Shown here: positions 36,601-46,658 of the stretch, one piece after another
How the letters are laid out: every line of letters begins with the position of its first letter
Numbering within the stretch: position 1 is the stretch's first letter
Source of the DNA: a virus
Direction: 5' to 3' (one strand)
IMG/VR virus record: IMGVR_UViG_3300036985_006248
Coordinates: 1 to 64,000 of that record
Length of the DNA: 64,000 nucleotides
Translations under genes and position numbers: made by a program
Notes under the pieces: generated by a model
The model's input: the letters and a program-made list of their open reading frames with translations, nothing else
What the model was told of the DNA's origin: nothing
Database searches by the model: none

Positions 36601-39600
36601 CTTCGCAAATCCTAATAGACGTATTTCTTCGGTCTGTATCTTTTCAGTAAGTTGAGTATCGATAAAGTTTAAATCTAGCTTTAATTGATCGTTACCATTT
36701 ATATTGTTAGAATATAATATGTATGATGCGTCCCCAAGGTTTTTAAACTTGACTGGCTCTGAAGCGGGGTTACTTAATAAATCTTTGAAAATAAAAGATG
36801 GTAATTTGGTTTCCTCAATACCGGTTGAAGCACTGCCAGATAATGCTTCATATTCCTTGCGTTCCGCTTCAGACGCCTTGGGAGAATTAGCTTTAAGAGA
36901 TAATGTTTGATTTTTATCAATAGTTATTTCACTAGCCGGTATAGTAACTATTTCACCCTCGTGTTGTGCGTCTCCTAAATTAAATTTTAGTATATTGGGC
37001 TTGGAAGACTTTACGGAATAGGAAGTCTTATACCATTCTTCTGCTTCTCTATCAAAGCTGTCATAAACACTTCTTAGCATTGAATTAAGCATGTTTGTAA
37101 AGCTTTGCATAGAAGGAGCAATTGTCTCCCCACTAGGAAAAATTTTGCATCCTAAATCTGGAACTTGAGAAAAATCAAATGGGTTATCTGAATTCAGTAA
37201 TTTTAATACATCTTCTAACGCTTTTATTTCATCGTTCTTTAAGGATTCTAACGCTGCGTCAATCAAATCCGGGGTCAATCCATGATCAGCAAGAATTTGT
37301 TCTCTTAATTTTTTTACTGAACCATCATCGCATAGAATATTTATTCCACTATTTGCTGAAGAAGGTGTTTCTGGGGATAAAATATCTGTGCATATTGTCA
37401 AATCTAGTTTATTACCCAATGCCCTAAAGAAACGAGCTACTTGCTCTCTTGTACCAAAAGCCTCTGAGAACGGTGAACCATATTTTCTTTTTACTAGGGA
37501 AATAATTACTTGGTAAACTTCATCGTTAACGGTTGAACCGCTATATAGGGAGCACATCTCTTTTAAGGACATACAAGCTGTTATATCTTGAATGATATTT
37601 TTAAACTTTTCCATCGCAGCTTCTTTTTCTGCGGCTGACATTACACCGGACGCTGAATTGAGCGGGCTCAACGATTCGTTGAATACATCACTTAAAGCCG
37701 TATCAGCAGCGGCGGGGGATGAACCAAAAGGGTTAGCAGGACTTCCAGATGCATTAAAATTTGCATTAGGATTGGATGTACAGGCTTTTGCTGCTGCCTC
37801 TAATGCTTTTTGTATTCCAAAAGAGATTAAGTCGTTTATTATTTTAATAAATATTGTTTCTAACTCTCGTGCTAATGTTTCGCTTGGATTATATGCTTTC
37901 AAAACAGGCAACTCAAACCCGTTAATAAATTTCAAACCATTTTTTAAATATGTGTTGTAGACAGAACCGGATAATATCTGTTCAATGAATTCTTGTGCAT
38001 CCTTATATTTATCCATTAGTTTCAACAAATCTTCTATTGGAATTGGTTGTGATAAGCACTGTGCAGCAACACCTAGAAACTTTGCCCAATCTAATGATTT
38101 TGCTATTGAAATATATTTAGCTAATTTATCTTTTGGAGATACACCCGGCATAGTATCTATACCAAATAGAATTCTCATATTTTTGTCTTTAATTAAATCT
38201 CGCTCTAGTATAGAGCGCATAAAGAGATCGCCTTCGATTTTTATTTTATTTTTTTCGTATGCCTTATTAATATTTAGCCACTTACTTCTTTCTGCCCGTT
38301 CCCGAATAGAATTCAAGTCAGCCACTCTCGTGCCAGTATCAATTATTGAGTTGAACAAATCAAGCGTTTGCTCGGTCATATCAATAATGGTAGGGTAATG
38401 CTTTGTTGTTAAAAAGTTTCTTATTTGTTTATCTATATCGGCAGACAACGTGGATAAAGAGGCGACACTGCCCGCTACAGAGCCCAACAAAGACGTGGCA
38501 TTATCTGCCACTGAGCCTAACAAAGACGTGGCATTAGCTGCCACTGAGGAGGTCGAATTAAGAGTGGAGAAGGCGTTGCTTATTATCGAAGTTGAATCAT
38601 CGGCTAGAGAAACAGTATCCGAAATTGAATTAGATAAATCTGTTGTTACCGAAGAAGATAAATTTTGAGCTTTTTCAACTATATCTTGTAAATGCAGTGG
38701 ATCAGGTGCGTCTTTTATAGGATCAAAAGACATGCAATAATTAATTGTTGTTTTATTTAAAACTTCGGGCGATCTTAAATAAGCGAGCCAGCCCGTATTT
38801 AAAGTATACTGTCTACCTTGTGAATAATATTTGACTGCTTTAAGAGTTATTGTTTTTTTATCGATAATAAAATCTAAAGAATTTTCCCATACTAATTCAG
38901 GTGGCAAAAGAAAATTTACACTAGTGCTTTTAATCTTTTGAGGCTGGTTGACAGATATCAGTTTGTTAGTTGATTCAACAAACATTTTTATGTTACCTAT
39001 TTCGGATAATAAATTAAGTCCAACATCTGGGGCGATAATCCATAATTTTGTTAATAATGCGGCTTGATACATTCCCAAGGTTAAAGTTAAATTATCAAAG
39101 AAAAACTTATATTTTTGATAATTTTCAAATTTTAGTACAAAATCGGTATCTATTACTGGGGTGTTTTGCGATATATCTGTTGCTATACTATCATCAGATA
39201 CCATATCAGGTGTAGGAATCGAGGTACCCGTTGTGTTAGTCAACCCCCGCCCGCCGACGTCGGTTTTGGCATATAAATAACGTTTTGGTATCGCCACGGC
39301 AACTCTTAGAGTAGAGCAAGGACGAACATCTATGTACCAATCTTCAGCAGTGGAAAATGAATAAAAATCATTTAGCAACTCTCGTAATTGTTGTTCATCA
39401 TATTTAAAACCGGTATGGTCTAGGATGAGTTTGGTGCCCTTTTTTCTAGCCTCATCCATATGAGCGGCGAGGGCGGTAGAATCTCCCACCACTACCGTGT
39501 CTTCTAGCTCACAATGGACAATAAAAGCACCATTACGTGTATCTTCATAAGGTATATTTGGTGTCTGTGCTTTCCAATTAATTTCTGGCGCTGTTATATC

Positions 39601-39897
39601 AGGCAGATTCTTGGCTTCGCCGTTTACAGAAAAGAAAGACTTATGTTCTGGTAGCGGTGCTATAGTGCCCAAAAACTCTATGTAGCCGATGCGTTGATCG
39701 CTTGTTTTAATCTTGCACCATTTGCCTCCTGAGCCTATACCGTGTTCGTAAACAAAGATCACTTCCCCATCTTGTAAAATAGAAGAACTCTCTTTATTAA
39801 GAAAAAATTCTTCTTCTGTAAAAAAAAATACAGGAGAAAACACAACGTGCGTTGGAAAATTCTTCAGCGGTACTTTGATAGAGTTTGGATTGAACAT
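33679..39897 (-). CDS. Large virion-associated protein (N-terminal SH3-like motif, C-terminal hydrophobic segment)
   Basis: 2072 aa between hub and wedge genes. Confidence 0.65.
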   Translation of the reverse strand: MFNPNSIKVPLKNFPTHVVFSPVFFFTEEEFFLNKESSSILQDGEVIFVYEHGIGSGGKWCKIKTSDQRIGYIEFLGTIAPLPEHKSFFSVNGEAKNLPDITAPEINWKAQTPNIPYEDTRNGAFIVHCELEDTVVVGDSTALAAHMDEARKKGTKLILDHTGFKYDEQQLRELLNDFYSFSTAEDWYIDVRPCSTLRVAVAIPKRYLYAKTDVGGRGLTNTTGTSIPTPDMVSDDSIATDISQNTPVIDTDFVLKFENYQKYKFFFDNLTLTLGMYQAALLTKLWIIAPDVGLNLLSEIGNIKMFVESTNKLISVNQPQKIKSTSVNFLLPPELVWENSLDFIIDKKTITLKAVKYYSQGRQYTLNTGWLAYLRSPEVLNKTTINYCMSFDPIKDAPDPLHLQDIVEKAQNLSSSVTTDLSNSISDTVSLADDSTSIISNAFSTLNSTSSVAANATSLLGSVADNATSLLGSVAGSVASLSTLSADIDKQIRNFLTTKHYPTIIDMTEQTLDLFNSIIDTGTRVADLNSIRERAERSKWLNINKAYEKNKIKIEGDLFMRSILERDLIKDKNMRILFGIDTMPGVSPKDKLAKYISIAKSLDWAKFLGVAAQCLSQPIPIEDLLKLMDKYKDAQEFIEQILSGSVYNTYLKNGLKFINGFELPVLKAYNPSETLARELETIFIKIINDLISFGIQKALEAAAKACTSNPNANFNASGSPANPFGSSPAAADTALSDVFNESLSPLNSASGVMSAAEKEAAMEKFKNIIQDITACMSLKEMCSLYSGSTVNDEVYQVIISLVKRKYGSPFSEAFGTREQVARFFRALGNKLDLTICTDILSPETPSSANSGINILCDDGSVKKLREQILADHGLTPDLIDAALESLKNDEIKALEDVLKLLNSDNPFDFSQVPDLGCKIFPSGETIAPSMQSFTNMLNSMLRSVYDSFDREAEEWYKTSYSVKSSKPNILKFNLGDAQHEGEIVTIPASEITIDKNQTLSLKANSPKASEAERKEYEALSGSASTGIEETKLPSFIFKDLLSNPASEPVKFKNLGDASYILYSNNINGNDQLKLDLNFIDTQLTEKIQTEEIRLLGFAKKLWKEVLRVHGQDISNAVKNLSINEAYDISSSKAFKDLSPLVGLLYTIDSFLRSNVADAEELRFKLKDAYKVLGIGDAQEANGFFAAENGTAIYLVICEMLLTNVNVRSAIINGLGFQPQELLDITTNYVNVKSFYRTMLKVKINYPDFDVDYQTGIDNLKVNDTLSVPMFDGTRFYDIQKLKIQKNKKNFIKITEINNVSSDINQYITDLFVGSGSASGRGSASRRILVPNSKANIFTRYIKNKQEKYGFINKQGTLMGTPVDEPREYIYVCFEDLNDRIYKNISNKILSKDNKFLLLKDLSSDQVSAATESGSGQPYTQYLKLVVKQTANQKACGIRPHYLDIDSIKNNIADEKSSNLCIEKIADSRVVGNKPINPDELKEIETTSTQNSMLRGMYDLTTRIFLHDILLRGISIFGYYDPQSLRDEPAFISFMAKMVESEMRSTDNAFFVLLSEFLFRSYKDKNPDAKTVNEENKKSQLFRDLVGKELKNYVLPKLAKRINADTNLALVGNTPKDNPINLINLNDDIANMDVISVSGTGVYIKLKLKYAPVAVGSRPDVFIYQKIYESKNARGTFLEGNDLLKAFISDPEFDFLFKFLFPISHTLNNFFILNCLSTCTRKQLVNNVFRGTKNDIMTTCKVIQANGQEIAKNPNDAQSMAVDPMEIIMGFIVQTLFKTPIGIIKGMAEITEPNIALTSTAFKVARIFVPKLPSFIIPAVSIPLGTIISPFTCPLPFTNPLLAIAYFATLAWYDEKPLDDMVNDASSNLEKNMSSAAGVVCKDTFNQDLYYLDRSNPIQTGKYKLEEDAAVINATSQKRLPVLPSRIISTNTLTVAPQTTQQGFGAAATVEEVVNTATPRGAGGRITSQLNAQVSSDNAPPTPQELTPAQIRESVLVRVQAATYERSTIGAMFSTATELISLKTLINVEVNSAGNNHEITSLQDPKYTTAVNRSIISAKIYLAERDDPSGGLN
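38480..38545. repeat. 33-bp tandem duplication (encodes SVA.NATSLLG units)
   Basis: Two copies, 31/33 identical. Confidence 0.9.
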
Positions 39898-39900
39898 ATT

Positions 39901-40785
39901 TTAATTTAAATAGTGGTAAGAACTGTTTATATATCGGCTGCCAGAAGATCTAACATATTTTGTCTTCCAAGCCTCAAAGTTATTAGTGTTAAACTTTAGT
40001 CCCGTCTCAGTTTGTATGAATTGTTGCAATAAAACCATTTTATGATCCACATACAAAAAAGGGTCTAGAGAAGTCTCTTGACCATAAAATGGTGAAAAGT
40101 GCGTATGGTCTGAGATTGAATCGTTGAACTTCTGTTGAGACTTTAAAAAAGACATTACGATACCATTTAATTCTTGTATATGTTCTATTAGTTCATCAAA
40201 AGCATTCACTAAATTATCACCTTTTGGAATAGGCTGCATGTCACTTGAGTCATTGTTAGCTATCATCTGTACACCATAGCCGGTATATGCTTCTTTACCA
40301 TTTGATAATTTTGAATCTGTGTTAGTTACCAATTTAAGTGAGTCTCTTGCTATAATTCTGACGGCATCGGCTTTTAGAACCGCTGCGGATAGAGCCATAG
40401 ATTGTCCTGTTAGCCCATCCGATATACTATAATATGTATCTATATCTGCCTTTTGACTTAGATATAACCGCGCAGCATCAGCACCAGTGCTTGGATTAAC
40501 CGGTCCCCTGAAGATTCTTGAATCTACTGAGGAAAGTCTGCCGGTGACTATATCAATGCATCCAGCTTTTACATGTCCCATACCGCCATATCCGCTGTTC
40601 CAACCACCGGGTCTATCACGACCAAACACTATCCAAGTATTATCTTGTCCTTCAATGACTTTTTCTGAAGTGGTAGAATTGAATTTTGGATTATTGCTAG
40701 GATCAAAAAGCGCAGAACCACGATGGCCCAGTTCTGCATTAATGCTCCCTGTATTTACATCGTTATAGTTCGTTGCTAATGGCAT
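39901..40785 (-). CDS. Putative baseplate hub/spike protein
   Basis: IVFGRDRP, DAARLYLSQ, KADAVRIIARD, C-terminal HTH (His-Thr-His) motif; next to the peptidase-bearing hub gene. Confidence 0.5.
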   Translation of the reverse strand: MPLATNYNDVNTGSINAELGHRGSALFDPSNNPKFNSTTSEKVIEGQDNTWIVFGRDRPGGWNSGYGGMGHVKAGCIDIVTGRLSSVDSRIFRGPVNPSTGADAARLYLSQKADIDTYYSISDGLTGQSMALSAAVLKADAVRIIARDSLKLVTNTDSKLSNGKEAYTGYGVQMIANNDSSDMQPIPKGDNLVNAFDELIEHIQELNGIVMSFLKSQQKFNDSISDHTHFSPFYGQETSLDPFLYVDHKMVLLQQFIQTETGLKFNTNNFEAWKTKYVRSSGSRYINSSYHYLN

Positions 40786-40790
40786 GCTTA

Positions 40791-41957
40791 TTATTTTCCT
40801 TCATCCTTTTGTTCTTGTGCGACTGTGGGATTTGCGGGAATAATGCTTTTATATACCCAGTGCCAAGGTTCATTAACACCACTTCCTTCTATGTTGTCAA
40901 ATCCAAATTTGACTGCATTTTCAACCATCCAACGATAGGCTGGATGTTTCCCCATATCTCCCTCATATCTGTTTTTTTCAGCTTTATGTACTCCAACATC
41001 AATATCTACAGCAGTGCCATTTTGATGATTGCTAAAGCCGGGGAATGCTGCAACCCCGATATTCTGACCGTTGGGAGTCAGGGGATCCACCTCGCGTTTT
41101 TTAAAATCAGCCTTCATCAAAAGATGTTGTTCATATTTCATACCGGTAAAATATTTACTTACATACCTGTCATTATAAAGGCTTATTTGTAATTGCTGGT
41201 CCCTAAAGCCACTAGATGCTACTATTCTTATATTTGTTTTGGCAGCTTCTTCACAAAGCGCATTAAATTTGTCAGCAGCTTCGACCCACATTCGCGCGCT
41301 GTGATACGAAACAATTGTTTTTAAAGGAATTCTTTTTATAAAGCTTCCTTTTATGTATTGTTCGCCTTCAACAATGTCGTCTGGTATTTTTCCTATAATC
41401 ACTGGACCTCCTAGTTTTTCCGCGCGGCCACTAATGGCAGATTTAGCGGAACTAGCTTCATTGTTTGCTATAGAAACATCTATCGTTTCAGAAAAAGTAT
41501 ATTCTATAACTTTATCTTGATAACTATTATTGGTTATCCATACAATACTTCCTACTTTTGGAGGTGTTGAGGAATAAGCGGGAGAAAGCGAATAATCATC
41601 AAGAGCATTTATTAGACGTTTATCTTCATCCAATAAATCATATGTCTTGGGCTTTTCAAATATTGAACCGGGACCGCCCATCACATAGACTTTATATTTA
41701 ATTGGAGGCAAATTTTTGTTACTAATGTTTTTTATTTCGGCTCTAGTAGAATATTCAAATTGGTTTTTTTCATTAATTTCTCTCATTACGATTCCTTGCC
41801 ATCCTTTTACGTTTTTAAACGTATCTGGGGTGTGCATGTCGGCAATGAGCCACCTAATAGAACTTTCTACTGTAGTATTTTGTACGTCTTGGGCGCGAGT
41901 TAAGGGATCTGTTTGTTCAGTATTTATTACCGGGATGTTATCTAATACGCTTGCCAT
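40791..41957 (-). CDS. Virion-associated M15 (VanY-like) peptidoglycan peptidase, gp5-like position
   Basis: SGFRD..Q, AAFPGFSNHQNGTAVD, WM.ENA.KFGF, EPWHW motifs. Confidence 0.85.
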   Translation of the reverse strand: MASVLDNIPVINTEQTDPLTRAQDVQNTTVESSIRWLIADMHTPDTFKNVKGWQGIVMREINEKNQFEYSTRAEIKNISNKNLPPIKYKVYVMGGPGSIFEKPKTYDLLDEDKRLINALDDYSLSPAYSSTPPKVGSIVWITNNSYQDKVIEYTFSETIDVSIANNEASSAKSAISGRAEKLGGPVIIGKIPDDIVEGEQYIKGSFIKRIPLKTIVSYHSARMWVEAADKFNALCEEAAKTNIRIVASSGFRDQQLQISLYNDRYVSKYFTGMKYEQHLLMKADFKKREVDPLTPNGQNIGVAAFPGFSNHQNGTAVDIDVGVHKAEKNRYEGDMGKHPAYRWMVENAVKFGFDNIEGSGVNEPWHWVYKSIIPANPTVAQEQKDEGK

Positions 41958-41962
41958 AATCG

Positions 41963-42262
41963 TTAGCTCTCCTTGATTAAGTCAAAAATATCATCCTTTT
42001 CTCTTTTGGACATACCCTCTTTGCCGCCTTCTTGTCGCTGAACAATGGCAGTAAGCTTCACTAACTGTTCATTCGAACGCTGCAAGGTTTCAAGATACAT
42101 GGCAGCGATTTCACCAAAATTCTTATGTATATATTTATCTTCAGCTTCTTTATTCATATGGTCTACTAAATCTAACAATAGTTTACTAGCCATTGAGCGG
42201 TCGTTTTGAATATTTTTTGTTGTTTCTTCGATATATTCTTGCAAATTCTTTTTAGAACTCAT
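41963..42262 (-). CDS. Conserved phage hypothetical protein
   Basis: 99 aa; YLETLQRSNEQLVKL helix; AGGAG RBS. Confidence 0.7.
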   Translation of the reverse strand: MSSKKNLQEYIEETTKNIQNDRSMASKLLLDLVDHMNKEAEDKYIHKNFGEIAAMYLETLQRSNEQLVKLTAIVQRQEGGKEGMSKREKDDIFDLIKES

Positions 42263-42287
42263 TTTTATACTCCTTCCTCTTTATTAC

Positions 42288-42295
42288 ATAATTAG
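42288..42295 (-). promoter_or_regulatory. Putative phage promoter motif CTAWTTAT
   Basis: CTAATTAT at the head of the structural operon, directly after the sigma gene. Confidence 0.55.
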
Positions 42296-42354
42296 GTAAA
42301 ATAAAGATTTATTTTATTTTTTCTATTTTTTGGAGTTGCAACGAGTGTTCTTCT

Positions 42355-43200
42355 TTAGATTTTGCCGTTGTCCCACGCCTCTTTAAAATCACGATATTTA
42401 GTTTTAAATTTCTTTAAATTATTAACAACTTGCTTTGTATTTAAATCTGTTATTTCACGCACATACAAATAGATTGCTTTTTTATTAAAGATTTCTATAT
42501 TTTCGCTTTCTTTAAAAAGAACCAATATAGCTTTATAGACCTTTATCTCGTTTTCTTTAAGACGCTTATCGAACCAACTATCCATTTCACCGTTTAAAGC
42601 TGACCAGAATTCTTCCTTTTCCCGAGAACGTAGATAAGAATCTTCGTATATCAATTCTTCTTCGTTAGAGGTGTCCTTGATATCTTCGATATAAACTTCT
42701 TTTTTAGAATTATTCTTTTTTACCTTATGGATAAACCAATTTTTCGTTATAACTGAAAAGTATGAAAACGCCTTTGAGCCTCGATTGGTGTCGTACTTAT
42801 CTAAAATAGTAGTTAAAAAGATTTTACATTCGCTTTTTAGATCTTCAATATTAGGCAAATTGTTGAATTTATAAGTATAGACTATTTTCTCCACCATTTC
42901 ATTGAATGCCGGTTGGATAAAGCTTACATACAAAAAGGTTTTACGCCCATTATCAGAAATGGACGCATATTCTAAAATAGCGTTTTCATGTACCTTGGTA
43001 AAATATTGATTCTTGCCATCTGCGCTTTTTGGTCTTATGACAGTAGACTTATGCGGTGATGAACGAGAACTATTTTTATAAGGCGTTTTAGGAAACGTTA
43101 GGGCTAACTGGTCCAATGGTAGCGGACGATTGACGGGTAGTGTCTTTTGTGGCATCTTCGTTGGTGCCTTCTTCTTTGTTTTCTTGATTTTCTTCATCAT
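42355..43200 (-). CDS. Phage RNA polymerase sigma factor (gp55/late-sigma-like); true start probably internal
   Basis: DLKSEC...ILDKYD..RGSKAFSYFSVITKNWF, resembling sigma-70 region 2. Confidence 0.7.
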   Translation of the reverse strand: MMKKIKKTKKKAPTKMPQKTLPVNRPLPLDQLALTFPKTPYKNSSRSSPHKSTVIRPKSADGKNQYFTKVHENAILEYASISDNGRKTFLYVSFIQPAFNEMVEKIVYTYKFNNLPNIEDLKSECKIFLTTILDKYDTNRGSKAFSYFSVITKNWFIHKVKKNNSKKEVYIEDIKDTSNEEELIYEDSYLRSREKEEFWSALNGEMDSWFDKRLKENEIKVYKAILVLFKESENIEIFNKKAIYLYVREITDLNTKQVVNNLKKFKTKYRDFKEAWDNGKI

Positions 43201-43471
43201 AGTCTTCGATCATGGTCTTTTTATAGACACGGCAAGCGTCAACGACTAGTTTAGTATTAGCCACAGCAGAAGTAATAGCTGGGTCGCCATAATAATTTTC
43301 CATTGTAGCTATAGGTTCTAGTAAGCTGGCGTATTCATTAAGCAATTTTTGCATTTCATCTATGTTATTAACACCATAATATAGGTTTTGGACTAACTTA
43401 CGAGTGTACCATATAAGCATCGCATTGCCTGCTAATGATAAAAGTAATAAAAATGTTAATAGTATAGTCAT
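43088..43471 (-). CDS. Membrane-anchored hypothetical protein
   Basis: N-terminal hydrophobic helix. Confidence 0.65.
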   Translation of the reverse strand: MTILLTFLLLLSLAGNAMLIWYTRKLVQNLYYGVNNIDEMQKLLNEYASLLEPIATMENYYGDPAITSAVANTKLVVDACRVYKKTMIEDYDEENQENKEEGTNEDATKDTTRQSSATIGPVSPNVS

Positions 43472-43472
43472 A

Positions 43473-43727
43473 TTATAGTTTCTTATTTGATAATTCTTGT
43501 TTATTATCCAAAAGCAGCTTACGATTGTCTTCTATGGCTTCTTTAACACGCAGCCCAGCCGCCGTTTCTTCACGGGTACGCTCTGGCAAAGAAGTTAAAA
43601 GGGTTGGTATCTTGTTAATATGACCGACCTCGTGGCATTCCATACACTCAGTCAATACATCGTTCATACCATGCTGTGTTTTAAATGTATTTTCACACTT
43701 GTCACACTTGTATATATACGTTGGCAT
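43473..43727 (-). CDS. FmdB-family zinc ribbon protein
   Basis: MPTYIYKCDKC...ECMEC. Confidence 0.85.
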   Translation of the reverse strand: MPTYIYKCDKCENTFKTQHGMNDVLTECMECHEVGHINKIPTLLTSLPERTREETAAGLRVKEAIEDNRKLLLDNKQELSNKKL

Positions 43728-43728
43728 T

Positions 43729-43911
43729 TTACTTTACCAAAGGCGGTGGTGCTGTCATACTCATACTGGATGGGGGATTATTTACCACTAGTTCCTCCCC
43801 TTCTAACACCATTTCAAATCCCTTGAGCAATGGAACAATGTCTGTCTGTTCCATTAACGACTTTTGTAGTGCTACCATTACACAGCTTAATGCTTGATCA
43901 GATAGTTTCAT
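43729..43911 (-). CDS. Small conserved phage hypothetical protein
   Basis: 60-aa ORF in operon. Confidence 0.6.
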   Translation of the reverse strand: MKLSDQALSCVMVALQKSLMEQTDIVPLLKGFEMVLEGEELVVNNPPSSMSMTAPPPLVK

Positions 43912-43920
43912 AAATTATCC

Positions 43921-44508
43921 TTATGTAAATTTAATTGCTGCGTGTTCAATATTTTCACTTTTTAAGTGCTGCCAACTATTTGGAGGAAGTAGTGAAGGAT
44001 TAACATACCAATCTTCAAAGGTTAAGCCACTCCATTTTACGTTTGATATAACTCTTTCATAACCCAACTCAGTCAATAAATTAAAAGCTTTTAATTTATA
44101 TTCATCACCGGCATAATAACAGTCATGCTCGAAGGTTATAACAGAGAACGTGTATTCTTTTAAGGGTATTTTTGTTAAACAAAAATATGTTTGGCTTGGC
44201 GGTTCTATATCTAAAGAGAGATAGTCTATTTGCTTGGGGAAATTATTTTCCTTTAAGTGTCGCTCAAAATCAAAGGTGGTGGCATCGTGGCGAAAGCACT
44301 TATTTTTTCTAACAGAATTAAATAAGTTTACCATATCTGGTAAAAATTCTACAGATATGCCGGTCCAATCATATTCACTTTCCAATAAAAATGTGTTATT
44401 GGTGTTTATTGGATGGTTGCTCCCCACCTCTAAATACCACCCATTTCTTTTTTGTTGAGTTACCGTTGAAACAAATATGTCTTGGTGAGCTTGAGAACAT
44501 GTTTTCAT
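43921..44508 (-). CDS. FkbM-like SAM-dependent methyltransferase
   Basis: SQAHQD, YLEVGS.HP...NNT..LE...W.G.SVE, IDYLSLDIE. Confidence 0.85.
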   Translation of the reverse strand: MKTCSQAHQDIFVSTVTQQKRNGWYLEVGSNHPINTNNTFLLESEYDWTGISVEFLPDMVNLFNSVRKNKCFRHDATTFDFERHLKENNFPKQIDYLSLDIEPPSQTYFCLTKIPLKEYTFSVITFEHDCYYAGDEYKLKAFNLLTELGYERVISNVKWSGLTFEDWYVNPSLLPPNSWQHLKSENIEHAAIKFT

Positions 44509-45413
44509 TAATTTATTTTCTCCATAATGGTTTCATAGTCGCGAATAAGATTTTCATTTGACCACAATTCTTTAAGCTTATTAACTCCAAATGGGCTTTT
44601 TTGTAATAATTCCTTTATTGAATACTTTTCTAAATCGAAATAATCAAAGTATGGCTCAACGTGCTTAAACATATAAGATCTACTCAACCCAACTGGCTTT
44701 CCTAAGCCGACAACATAATCAAGTACTGATGCAGGACCACGACCATTTAGCCTCTCATAAGCAAAGATATTTATGTCGTTTGTTCCAAGGAAGGCAAGTA
44801 GCTGCTCGTCGCTAAGAAAGGTATCATTTATCTTTAATTCTATCCCGAGCTTAGTTATCTGTTGCTTACACTTTTCAACTATATATTGTAGAAAGTGTTT
44901 ATTATTCCAATAGTGGCTAAATGTAATATGTAGCCTAATTTCAGCTTCATCAAATTGATTATTTACTAACCTGCATATTTCATCAAATCCCTTATGTTCA
45001 AACCCGAAACCAAAACTTCCAATTGTTATTTTATTAGTTGTTCTAATTTGCTCTATTTGGGTAGTATTTAAAATTGGTCTAACCACTTTAAAAAAGGTAT
45101 TAGTTTCCTGTGCCAGAGGATCTACTGTTATAATGTTTTTGATTTCCCCCGCCCATCCTTCGTGAAATATTGCAACCTTCTTTTGAGACAACTCTTGAGG
45201 TTTTAGCCACCCCATTGTTACTTGATGGTAATTAAACAAACAGATATCGGGTTTTTTATCAGCCACATGAGAGAGTAATTCCTGCTGTGATTCTACTTCA
45301 ACATATTGAAAATCCATTTTTTTTGATTTAACCAATATGTCAGCGGTCCTCTTACCGTACTGATAAACCCCGCAGTTAGTTACTTTATGATTTATAAACA
45401 ATATCTTTTTCAT
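44508..45413 (-). CDS. Glycosyltransferase-like protein (GT-B)
   Basis: CGVYQYG, IGSFGFGFEHKG; in glycosylation cluster. Confidence 0.65.
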   Translation of the reverse strand: MKKILFINHKVTNCGVYQYGKRTADILVKSKKMDFQYVEVESQQELLSHVADKKPDICLFNYHQVTMGWLKPQELSQKKVAIFHEGWAGEIKNIITVDPLAQETNTFFKVVRPILNTTQIEQIRTTNKITIGSFGFGFEHKGFDEICRLVNNQFDEAEIRLHITFSHYWNNKHFLQYIVEKCKQQITKLGIELKINDTFLSDEQLLAFLGTNDINIFAYERLNGRGPASVLDYVVGLGKPVGLSRSYMFKHVEPYFDYFDLEKYSIKELLQKSPFGVNKLKELWSNENLIRDYETIMEKIN

Positions 45414-45417
45414 ATAT

Positions 45418-46650
45418 TTATTTAGAAATAACTTCGAAGTTAGGACAAGGAACTATAAATTTGCCACCATCATTAAGGAAACTTTTCTCACGCTTAACGA
45501 ATTCATCGATAAAGTGCCAAGGTAATACTAAAAGATAATCTGGATTCATTTCTCTCATTTGCTGCTCAGAAACAATTGGTATATTAGAACCAACCGTTTT
45601 CAAACCAAATTTATAGGGACTTCGCTCCGCTATACAATCCATCATTGTATTATCTATGCCAAAATACTGTAGCAGAGTATTTCCCTTGGTAGAAGCACCA
45701 TATCCTGCAATGACTTTGCCCTTGCTTTTTTCTTGCATAAGGAAGTCACATGTTTGTTTTTTAAGAGCTAAGATTTTATCAAAAAAATTCAACCAAGTTT
45801 CTGGATGGTCTAGTTTAAGAGTTTCTTCATAAGCTAATAAAGACTTGACATTGAAATCGAAAATATCGCGATTTTGTTGTGTGGAGAAACTCTTTATATC
45901 AGCAGTATCTTTAATGGCTGTTACTCTGAAACTGCCGCCATTAGCGTCATTCAAAGTACAGTCTAATATCTTAAGACCGTTTCTTTCAAACAACTTTTTA
46001 ATATTAAATAATGAATAGTAATATAGATGTTCGTGGCAGATATTGTCAAAAGCCAATTGTTTGAGCATCAAAGGTGTGTACGACATTTGCACTACCCATA
46101 CGCCATTGTCATCTAAAATTTGATAGATGTCTTTAATAAAGCCGTCTGGATTCTCAATATCATAAAACATTGCAATAGTCGTTATGACTTTAGCTTTTTG
46201 ATTACCGCATGCCTTTTCATAAACCTGCTTTGAAAAGTAATCTTGAATTACGGTGTGAGCGTGCTCGCTAGATTCATGTAAAAAGGAGTTATCGGCGGGG
46301 TCAATTCCAATTCTTTTTAGTCTATTGTCTACGAAAGATAAAAGTGTTCCGTCGTTACAAGCGATATCTAACCAAATATCGTTTGGATTTAGCTTTACCA
46401 AACTAGACGTCTTCTTTACAACATCAAAAAGATGGTCTTTCATTGTTTGGTTAGTGCCGGAACGATACCAATATTTGCCCCACATCATACTTGATGGAGG
46501 CATTTTTTCAAGGCGCACGGCACCAGTATCAAGTTCAAGCATCATCTTTAACTCATGCTTTTCTCGATCAGCATAGTCTTTTTCGTCTTTGATAAAGTCA
46601 GAAACGTACAATTCACCGAGAGTGAAAAGTTCTTTTAAGTTATTGCTCAT
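45418..46650 (-). CDS. NDP-hexose C-methyltransferase
   Basis: YWYRSG, LDIACNDGTLL, FDNICHEHLYYYS, GYGASTKGNTLLQ, PDYLLVLPWHF. Confidence 0.9.
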   Translation of the reverse strand: MSNNLKELFTLGELYVSDFIKDEKDYADREKHELKMMLELDTGAVRLEKMPPSSMMWGKYWYRSGTNQTMKDHLFDVVKKTSSLVKLNPNDIWLDIACNDGTLLSFVDNRLKRIGIDPADNSFLHESSEHAHTVIQDYFSKQVYEKACGNQKAKVITTIAMFYDIENPDGFIKDIYQILDDNGVWVVQMSYTPLMLKQLAFDNICHEHLYYYSLFNIKKLFERNGLKILDCTLNDANGGSFRVTAIKDTADIKSFSTQQNRDIFDFNVKSLLAYEETLKLDHPETWLNFFDKILALKKQTCDFLMQEKSKGKVIAGYGASTKGNTLLQYFGIDNTMMDCIAERSPYKFGLKTVGSNIPIVSEQQMREMNPDYLLVLPWHFIDEFVKREKSFLNDGGKFIVPCPNFEVISK

Positions 46651-46658
46651 AGTGAATC

